Below are positions 40,909-48,992 of a DNA stretch of 64,000 bases, in pieces (position 1 is the first letter of the stretch; each line of letters opens with the position of its first letter). The notes below the pieces were generated by a model. That model was not told where the DNA came from, searched no databases, and saw nothing but the letters and a program-made list of their open reading frames with translations. This DNA comes from Cenarchaeum sp. GTDB taxonomy: Archaea > Thermoproteota > Nitrososphaeria > Nitrososphaerales > Nitrosopumilaceae. Location of the stretch: positions 1,912,241-1,976,240 of the forward strand of contig OY843768.1 in the NCBI GenBank assembly GCA_963693095.2, read 5' to 3'. Made by a program: the position numbers and the translations under genes.

Positions 40909-42390
40909 ATGACTGGGCATATCTTTACTTCTTGTCAACATACTCGGTTGCCTCGACTCTGCCAAAATGCCGCGAGCTGGATACTCTGCCGTTCATCAGA
41001 AATACAATATTATTGTCGATTTGACATATGTGATTCCAAGGCAAACCCTTGGAATTGTCGAAAAACACAAATATCTAATTTCCCTACAACACCCACAATA
41101 AATGGCAGCACTTCAAAGGCCCTGCGGGGGCTTGATACATTGATGATCCGAGATCACTGGGATGAAGCCCTTCATGGTGCGTGTGATGGCGACTGCTCGT
41201 TCATCCTTCATGGTCTCCTCGAACTGTATGCAAAGGAGCCGTCATCACCGGAGCCACTGACAGCCCTTGACAAGATACTAGTGCAGCTGTTTGAGATGCG
41301 CTTTACGCTTGACTTTATACTCGATGATGCCGGATTATACGGACAAAATCCGTCTCCGGAAATAGCTCACTATCTGGCAATGTCGGCGCTTCAGAGACTT
41401 CCAATAGAGCTTTACAACTTTAAGACAATTCATGCCGGACTTTATGGCGCGCTAGACGACGCCGACAAGAATGCGTTATCGCACCTGAGTCCGATATACA
41501 AAAGTATGCGTTCAGTGTTGAAAAATGTAAGATCCTACAGAAACCTTGCTGCACATCTGGACAGCGGGATATATGGCATAGCAGAGGCCATGTCCAAAGC
41601 CGAACATGGTAACGCGTCTAGGCTCTTGAACTCGTTTCTCCTGTGTGCCCTCCTTGCGACCATATTTATTGACGGTGTAATTCATATAATGCCCGATAGG
41701 TTTTGCCTTGCGGTCTCGCGGCTCCCCACTGCTAAGATGCACATGGAGTCGTTTGACCCCCGCTCTGCAAAGGCCGAGATCACCTCGTTTATTGCCAAAA
41801 ACCCCATAGGGCACCTTGATTTTGGCGACATGAGTCCCGAGACGTCCCTGATCGCATCTGAACTAATGCGTCTTCGTGTGGCACTTCAAAGCTCCATGGC
41901 CATATATGACAGCATTTATGGCATCCGGCTCGGCGTTCCTGTCCTGCAACGGCTTCTCTATGGCCACAAGATAGTGTTTTACGTCAAGTATGCGCTCGTC
42001 GAGCTGGCCACACTCTTTAATCTCTATGACAAGATAAAGAAAATGAAACTGTGCGAGTCTGATGATGGCGTCATGAAAAGGCTACAGGGTCATAGGAAAA
42101 AGATTAACGAGTTGCGCCTTCTTGTCACTCACTGGTCTTCTGATGAGCAGCATGAGGGATTTTCTGTGGCGCTGGAGCGCAGGATTGACTATCGCGAACT
42201 TTTGGTCATGGCGGGCCTGGCGTTTGAGTGGGTTCGCATCAACGCCAACGCGTTCCAGACCGAGCATGATTACCAGGAATATATGCCTCACCTAGAGTGC
42301 ACGACACCGACGATCTTGCCCGATAATATTGAGGCCGATGCGGCACGTATCCGCAAACGCTCAAAGGATCTCCTAGCGAGGCGCCACTAG
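40909..42390 (+). CDS. Putative tandem-HEPN protein (start may be ~41140)
   Basis: All-helical with two R-x4-H-like motifs: YRNLAAH and LRLLVTH. Confidence 0.55.
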   Translation: MTGHIFTSCQHTRLPRLCQNAASWILCRSSEIQYYCRFDICDSKANPWNCRKTQISNFPTTPTINGSTSKALRGLDTLMIRDHWDEALHGACDGDCSFILHGLLELYAKEPSSPEPLTALDKILVQLFEMRFTLDFILDDAGLYGQNPSPEIAHYLAMSALQRLPIELYNFKTIHAGLYGALDDADKNALSHLSPIYKSMRSVLKNVRSYRNLAAHLDSGIYGIAEAMSKAEHGNASRLLNSFLLCALLATIFIDGVIHIMPDRFCLAVSRLPTAKMHMESFDPRSAKAEITSFIAKNPIGHLDFGDMSPETSLIASELMRLRVALQSSMAIYDSIYGIRLGVPVLQRLLYGHKIVFYVKYALVELATLFNLYDKIKKMKLCESDDGVMKRLQGHRKKINELRLLVTHWSSDEQHEGFSVALERRIDYRELLVMAGLAFEWVRINANAFQTEHDYQEYMPHLECTTPTILPDNIEADAARIRKRSKDLLARRH

Positions 42391-42722
42391 GTGCCATCTG
42401 CCGGTTCTGCCCCATATGGTGAAGAGGGTCATGGCCGCACTGCAGGGCCGGTTCAGTCGCGCCTGATGTGGGACGTGTATGGCGGGCTCTATAGGCATGC
42501 GATGGTCATGGGTGCCAAGCTCGCACTTTTGCCGTGGCAATACTGGAGATGACTGGTCTGCAGTCTTACTCCATTTCGCATCAGGTATTCATCTGACACC
42601 TCATGGTCGCACTTTGGGCAAAAACGCCTTTGCTTGATTGGATCATTTTCTAGCATGCTTTCACGCAGTTATTTTCCTAGACGTGTATGTCACATTCTTC
42701 GAATAACATAGAAAACGTAGGA

Positions 42723-43826
42723 TCAGGGGAGAAATCTGATCATGGTACCATCGGGATATGTGCCTCTCCTGCGTTTTTTGTTCTGGGGCACAACCTCAAT
42801 CTTTGGAGGATCGGCATCTTCTAAATATTGGAGTATACCACTACGGTAGATATACAACGCGTCGACCATAACATAATCTTTGATAACTTCGATTAGAACT
42901 TCTTTCCCACGAAAATGTTTATAGATTTGCGTAGATGCGGTTTTTTGCCACTCGGTACTGCCGAGCGGGTACAGGAAAGTCTGTTTAGGATCAACAGCAT
43001 CAGAAAATCTAAAAGAAAAATTTTCTGCAGTTTTGACCATGGCTTGTTTCATTATATCAAACCCTTTGTCGCTATTTGTAGCAAAAACAAGACTATACAA
43101 CGGATAATTATTTTTATCGTTCATTTCAAACATTTTGATATGTTTGACACCATGCGACTGGAGCTTTTCAGCATAAACCCCAAGCAAGCAGTTGATTTTT
43201 TTCCTGCCTTTCAGAGCATTACAACATTTCCACTTGTCTGTTCCAAAGAAATCATTAAAATTTTCAATATCTTTGTCAGTGTCTAATTTTAAGAAACGAG
43301 AAACAAATTTGGACATAAAAGTAACAAATATTTCACAGTGAGGATTGGCAAGAAAATTAATGAGTGTTTCCATCTTTACATCTTTGTAACCAAAAGGATC
43401 AATAAAGGCAAAAATTGGCAGCCTGTCATGCCTGTCTTGCAGATCACTAACTAGAGGAGGAAAAGCAGATTCAAAACTGGATTTTAGGATATCGTTTATG
43501 TGTAGCCGTGGCGATAGATCTTTACGAATCTCGTCGATCTGCTCTTCAAGGCTCAAAGCAGTGTCAGGATCTTTTTCAATAAACCAGAAATGAACATCAG
43601 CTTTGTGTTTGTTAATGCTGCCATTGGCGACATTTAGCGCAATGATGGGAGAACCGGGAGCATCGTCGTCATAGATGCCAGCTCCGGCAAATCCATCAAT
43701 ATAAGCAAGTTTATCAAAGGAATTACCCAAGATCGGAAACCAGCATTCCAGATAATATCTTAGTATGCGATGTTTGGCATCAGTATGCGGCTCCATACCA
43801 AAGTCTTTCGACGACGACATTGTCAA
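42723..43826 (-). CDS. tcmP: Three-Cys-motif partner protein (methyltransferase-like)
   Basis: HTDAKHRILRYYL..W, YIDGFAGAG, GSPIIAL, FAFIDPFG, LVFATNSDKG...MK. Confidence 0.88.
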   Translation of the reverse strand: MTMSSSKDFGMEPHTDAKHRILRYYLECWFPILGNSFDKLAYIDGFAGAGIYDDDAPGSPIIALNVANGSINKHKADVHFWFIEKDPDTALSLEEQIDEIRKDLSPRLHINDILKSSFESAFPPLVSDLQDRHDRLPIFAFIDPFGYKDVKMETLINFLANPHCEIFVTFMSKFVSRFLKLDTDKDIENFNDFFGTDKWKCCNALKGRKKINCLLGVYAEKLQSHGVKHIKMFEMNDKNNYPLYSLVFATNSDKGFDIMKQAMVKTAENFSFRFSDAVDPKQTFLYPLGSTEWQKTASTQIYKHFRGKEVLIEVIKDYVMVDALYIYRSGILQYLEDADPPKIEVVPQNKKRRRGTYPDGTMIRFLP

Positions 43827-43870
43827 CGCACCAGAGTTGGCAGGTATTTAAACACTCAGATTGATCGGCG

Positions 43871-43983
43871 GTATGAGGTCAGCACCTCCGTTCGTCTATG
43901 CCTAGGCAGGTGCCGCAGTGGCAAGTAGATCGGCAGGATCACGCCTATTTGACCAAATGTAGAGTGGGGTGCTGACCACGTAC
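43871..43983. mobile_element. IS66-derived MITE (~113 bp)
   Basis: GTATGAGGTCAGCACC ... GGTGCTGACCACGTAC; flanks GATCGGCG/GATCGGAT (6/8 TSD). Confidence 0.75.
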
Positions 43984-44059
43984 GATCGGATGTCAAATAA
44001 AAGTGACACGAAAACACAAAGGAGGGTTTTTATTAACGGCGTGATCGATGGCGTGCTAA

Positions 44060-44842
44060 TTGGCCACAAACTCCGCCATAGAGTGGACCGAGGCGACGTG
44101 GAACCCGTCAACGGGGTGCAGCCGGGTCTCCTCTGGGTGCAAGAACTGTTATGCCGAAAAACTCTCAGCACGCCTAAAGGCCATGGGAGTCGCAAAATAT
44201 CAGAATGGCTTTGAGTTCACCGAACATGCTAGCGAGGTCGACCTGCCGCTGTCATGGAAAAAGCCCAAAAAGATCTTTGTCAATTCAATGTCAGACCTGT
44301 TCCACGAGGACTCTACACGAGAGTTTGTCAGGAGATGCTTTGATGTGATGGTGAGTGCCGATTGGCACATCTACCAGGTTCTCACAAAGCGCCCAAAGAG
44401 AATGAGGGTGTTCTCTAACGAGTTTGCAAGACGTTACGGGCACGACATACCGCAGCACATCTGGATGGGAACCAGCGTGGAGAACAGCTTGACGACGAAC
44501 CGCATAGACAGGCTCAGGGAGGTAAGGTGTGAGATGAGGTTTGTCAGCTTTGAGCCTCTCCTCGGCCCAATAGATGGGGTGAACCTGGAGGGCATAGACT
44601 GGGCGATAATTGGCGGCGAGAGCGGGCACAATTACAGAAAGGTCGAAAAGGAGTGGGTCGTTGACCTCATAAGGCAGTGCAAGAGACAGCGCGTAAAGGT
44701 GTTCTTTAAGCAGTGGGGTGGCCGCTATCCAAAGGCCGGCGGGCGCAAGATAGGAAGGAGAACGTATAGCGAGTATCCAAAGATGCGAATTGTCGCTGCC
44801 CCCAAAGCAAAACAGCGCGTGGCTGCAAAGGTTGCTGCGTGA
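44060..44842 (+). CDS. DUF5131 (phage Gp37/Gp68) three-Cys-motif protein
   Basis: IEWTEATWNPSTGCSRVSSGCKNCYA, FVNSMSDLFH, LTKRP, SFEPLLG, IIGGESG, FFKQWGG. Confidence 0.93.
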   Translation: MATNSAIEWTEATWNPSTGCSRVSSGCKNCYAEKLSARLKAMGVAKYQNGFEFTEHASEVDLPLSWKKPKKIFVNSMSDLFHEDSTREFVRRCFDVMVSADWHIYQVLTKRPKRMRVFSNEFARRYGHDIPQHIWMGTSVENSLTTNRIDRLREVRCEMRFVSFEPLLGPIDGVNLEGIDWAIIGGESGHNYRKVEKEWVVDLIRQCKRQRVKVFFKQWGGRYPKAGGRKIGRRTYSEYPKMRIVAAPKAKQRVAAKVAA

Positions 44843-44866
44843 GGCCGACCACGTATACCCTGGGCG

Positions 44867-45187
44867 CTATACTTCAGGCTGTGTGACATCAGGCTCATCC
44901 TCGGCATTGCCGGGTTCGAGGATCTCGAGGATCTCGAGGGCGGCATACAGACGAATTCTAGAGCGGGTCGGCACGCTTGTGGGTATATTGGCTCTTACTA
45001 GCCGGCGGGCCAGATCGGCCGCACCTGCATGCGTGAGGCCGGTAATGCTTCGAATAATGGGTGTGGTGATATACGGGTTTTCGGTAAGGGCATCAACCAC
45101 CATTACGGCCGTGGAGCTTCTATCGACACGATCTATACTGCCGATCAAAAGTCCCGCCTGCAATGCCCGCCCCTGTGCGCCATGCAC
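44867..45187 (-). pseudogene. Fic-family C-terminal winged-HTH fragment
   Basis: DALTENPYIT...TGLTHAGAADLARRLV...RIRLYAALEILEIL. Confidence 0.55.
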
Positions 45188-45230
45188 ATCCCCGCCGACT
45201 CCCCCTGGGGGTCTTGGAGACGTCTAGTCC

Positions 45231-45780
45231 ATGCGCGCACCTGCCGGCCAGTGTTGGCCCGTCATGGAATCCCTGGACCAGATTATTGTGGATCTGATGA
45301 ACACCAACCAAAAATATCCAAACCGCAACATCATGCGAGACATCCTAAAAGACAAGACTCTCAACTCTCGCGCCCCCGCCATTGCCATGTTGGAGGAGGC
45401 AGAATACCCTTCGGCCTCCACCCCGCGCCCGATGGAGGAACCGTCCCTTGAGCACATAATGCCCAGAATCCTAGACAAGGACTGGCACAGCCATGTCATA
45501 CAGCACAATGACATTGACCCCACCAACCCTGCCCGCTCTGATGACGAGGTGAAGAATTACCACCGTCGGCATGTTGACTATATGGGCAACCAGACGCTCC
45601 TGCTGCCAGGGGAGAATGGCTCACTCTCCAACAAGTCATATGACAAGAAAAGACTAGTTTACGGAAAACAGCACGTTCAGGATAACGGGCACGCTGCCCC
45701 GCTTTACAGTCTGGGATCATGAAAGCATTATGAGCAGGCAGAAAAGACTTGCGTCAAGGATCACCTCATCCATAGACCTG
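45231..45780 (+). pseudogene. GmrSD-type C-terminal (DUF1524, HNH) fragment
   Basis: SLEHIMP, YMGNQTLL...NGSLSNKSYDKK..Y; no DUF262 part. Confidence 0.7.
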
Positions 45781-46040
45781 GGCACGGTTATTGACCATAT
45801 ACGGTCATAGGTGGCCCATTACACGGGTCTGTTTTTGTGGGAGTGCGCGCACTTGGCGATCGTTGCCTGTTTGCAGGTGCCTTTCTGGCATTGTGCGGAC
45901 TCTGCTACATGGGGCGCTCTGAGATCCCTGGGATTGAACAACGCGTCCATCTGCTGTTCTAGAGGCTGCGCCCGAGGCGGCTATTTTGGTGAAATGTTCT
46001 GGCCTCCGGGGACGCCTGCCCTAACTGACCTGTATTGGTT

Positions 46041-47090
46041 TTAGGGGTTTTGGAAACGCACATATGAATTGCCGTTTAGACGATTAATCTGCTCTTCATA
46101 CCAATATTGATCGCGTATGTATCCCATGTTTCTCCTACCATGGTCCCCATCCCTATACGTGTCTTGAGAATAATAGTATCGTATTCTCTGTTGAAGCTTT
46201 GAAATCATAAACCCCGCCTCAAATATCCATTTTTTCACCATGTCTTTCTTTTGGTAATACGTCGGCGTAAATTCAGATGGGTATCGGGCGTCTTCATGAA
46301 CATATAGCGCATAGTACCTCCATGTCCACACGTCATCTAGAAAATCATACATTGTTTTTACCTTGCGAATTTCCCATGTTGACAAGAGGTCTTCTATGTT
46401 GTCTTTAAACTCCACCTCACTCCAACTAATTGCTGATCTGTAATTGCGCATGGGTCCCAATATTTCACTTGGCTGAAATTGCAAAGGACGTAGTTGTTTG
46501 CATATGTACTCGTAATAGCGTTCAGGATCTAGCGTTTCATGTATATTTGCCAACTCTGTCCACACATCCATGCCAATTCCGTTTGCAATCAAACTCGGTG
46601 TTTCTTTGATGTATTCCAACACTGCGGACTTTGCTGGGTTTACACATATGCCTAATGTGATATTTTTCAGTTCATTCCGGTGCTCATCCCTGTTTAGCAA
46701 TCTGTTAAACTGCCTTCCTAATTTGTTTGTAAAAATATCGTGCCTGTAATCTTTGGGATTGAAACTATCATCAAATGCAGCATAATATACCATGATGGCC
46801 TTGATCTCCTTTTCCATCGCCTGCTGGGCATGATACATTGCAATTGCCGGACTCTTGTCCACTATTCTAGCTGCCTGCTCTATATCATAATTGGAATATT
46901 GTTCCCAAACACAATGCCACCCCCATGCGTGATGTAGCCTCTTTATGATCTCTGCCTTGAATTCCCTAGTTTTCATATTGCGCATACTTGCTAATGATTT
47001 ATCATCTGCAACCCCGCCCTTCTCGCTCTCCCTGCCGTGATCTCTCACGTTGCCATCTGGACCATCCCTCTGCCACTCCCCTTCTTCCAC
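46041..47090 (-). CDS. HEPN-domain protein
   Basis: AMYHAQQAMEKEIKAIM, RHDI, ARYP. Confidence 0.8.
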   Translation of the reverse strand: MEEGEWQRDGPDGNVRDHGRESEKGGVADDKSLASMRNMKTREFKAEIIKRLHHAWGWHCVWEQYSNYDIEQAARIVDKSPAIAMYHAQQAMEKEIKAIMVYYAAFDDSFNPKDYRHDIFTNKLGRQFNRLLNRDEHRNELKNITLGICVNPAKSAVLEYIKETPSLIANGIGMDVWTELANIHETLDPERYYEYICKQLRPLQFQPSEILGPMRNYRSAISWSEVEFKDNIEDLLSTWEIRKVKTMYDFLDDVWTWRYYALYVHEDARYPSEFTPTYYQKKDMVKKWIFEAGFMISKLQQRIRYYYSQDTYRDGDHGRRNMGYIRDQYWYEEQINRLNGNSYVRFQNP

Positions 47091-47690
47091 CTTGCTCCAT
47101 CTTGCGACTGTTTGATATTAACTATCCCTGTTCGGTAGTCGCTCATGCGCCTAACCGGAGCCTGCCGAAGACGGTCTTTGAGGCACGCGCACCAGTTTGA
47201 CGCGATTCCGGTCGTGGCCAAGGAGCTCATATGTACGATCTAGTCGCTGACCCCATATACCATCAGGCGTCTGTCTCAACTAGCGTCATCACGCACGAGT
47301 CCCATATTGGCGTGTTGGTGCTGTGATCGGCCAACCGTGGGGAACCCCTAGTGTTCAATATGGGCAATAATTGCAGGCTATCGGCGAAGCCCTTCGCGCA
47401 GGATCGCAAGCCCCACCATCCAGGCAATGTCAGTCCAAGTCACGCTCCCCGGACCGTGCTGGATCACCTTGGCCCCAAGCATGATAGTCGAGCCGATAGC
47501 CGCACCATCCACAATGTCGCGCGCGTCGTCCTTGTTCACGTGCAGCGTATGGTAAGGACAGAATTTAAGGGTTTTATAGGATGCGTATGGGGTCAGTACC
47601 CGTGCCAGATCAAGGGGGGGGGGGGGGGCCGGCTCAGGCGACTGAAGGGATCGCCAAGTTAATAAATAACGTAGTAAAAGGAGGCGTGTT

Positions 47691-48950
47691 GTGTGGGTTA
47701 GAGTCGTAGGCAGTAGGAGGGTCTATGTCGAAAGTAGTGTCAAAGATACGACACTGTTAGCAGACATGGATCCCGACCGGCAAGATGAGCAGGAAGCATA
47801 TGGCCAGAACTGGTTGCCCAGAAGCATCCAATTTGAGCCAAAACTACAGCGCATACATAATGAAACCATAAAACGTCCCAGAGATGCCCAAGGCAAATGG
47901 AATGCGGCAAATCCAAATAATGAGAGAATGGCGGATCAGATATATCTAGCAAACATGGCATACGCCTTGTTAAAATATAGGATGAGGTCGCCTGTGGAGA
48001 AATTGTTTAAAACAATACATATGAATCAATTCAAGGAACACACACCGGAATGTTCGAGATATGGAGTTTCTAGTCAGCTAACCTCAAATTCATACGATAG
48101 CGAACAAAACGACAAGAGTGCTCCGTATCGCGACAGATTTAGCCACAGAGTGTTAGTTGAACGTGATGATCTGCTGGATGGCATAATTAGCCCGCATACA
48201 TATTATGCCAGAAAGTTAGCCTGGAAGCTCAATGAGGGTCGTCATCGTGCGGCGCTCAAGGCCATATGCAAAATCGGCAACGTCCAAGGCCACCTAGACA
48301 TTAAAGATCGGTATGCGATAAAATTGATAAATGACATGTTGATTCGAAATTCCCGCAAGGACAAAATTTCTATGACGCATCTAATCTTAAATTTAGAGAC
48401 ATTTATACGACTTGTAAAAAATGCGCAAGGATATGCTCATTACAGTTCACAGCATCCAACGCAGCTCGAACACAGTTCAGCATCAATACCCGGACTTTCC
48501 CATCTAACCACACTAGTCGATCCCAGTATGCCCGGCGACAGGATTACGTTTGTAAATCCAGAATGGGCGCTGTCTCTCCGCGAAGGTCCAATCTGGCTAG
48601 GTATTGATCGTAGACCTGACACATGCCAATTAAGTGTTATAGATGACTGTGAATTTAATGTAATAGACAGAGAGCCGAAAACCGATCGTAAATTTGGCAT
48701 GACATTGTTAGTGAAGGAACCCGAGGAGCAAACGTCAGATTCGTTTGAACATGCGAGATCACCCGCGTCACGTCCACGTGTACATCCCATGTTACGACAA
48801 TGTGTAAATGGGGCACTATCAAGGATTGAGCTCAGAACGCAGCCATATGGCTGGATTGTAGATCGGATAGTGGAGAACTGGGAGTTGGTCGAACACTACT
48901 TTCAAGGACGTGTGTCAAGAGTTGGCCAAGGCACACTGCTTTCACAGTAA
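47691..48950 (+). CDS. Stand-alone major capsid protein-like protein
   Basis: YYARKLAWKLNEGRHRAALKAI helix, MTHLILNLETF, IPGL...LVDPSMP, LREGP, FGMTLLV; TTAATAAATA upstream. Confidence 0.6.
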   Translation: MWVRVVGSRRVYVESSVKDTTLLADMDPDRQDEQEAYGQNWLPRSIQFEPKLQRIHNETIKRPRDAQGKWNAANPNNERMADQIYLANMAYALLKYRMRSPVEKLFKTIHMNQFKEHTPECSRYGVSSQLTSNSYDSEQNDKSAPYRDRFSHRVLVERDDLLDGIISPHTYYARKLAWKLNEGRHRAALKAICKIGNVQGHLDIKDRYAIKLINDMLIRNSRKDKISMTHLILNLETFIRLVKNAQGYAHYSSQHPTQLEHSSASIPGLSHLTTLVDPSMPGDRITFVNPEWALSLREGPIWLGIDRRPDTCQLSVIDDCEFNVIDREPKTDRKFGMTLLVKEPEEQTSDSFEHARSPASRPRVHPMLRQCVNGALSRIELRTQPYGWIVDRIVENWELVEHYFQGRVSRVGQGTLLSQ

Positions 48951-48992
48951 CCGCCCACTTACACAAATCTACACGAGTCAGGCACGTGTTTT

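Noticed and set aside
5784-48950. Intact provirus
   Set aside because: No terminase, portal, tail, integrase or att sites recognised; capsid-like genes are scattered on both strands
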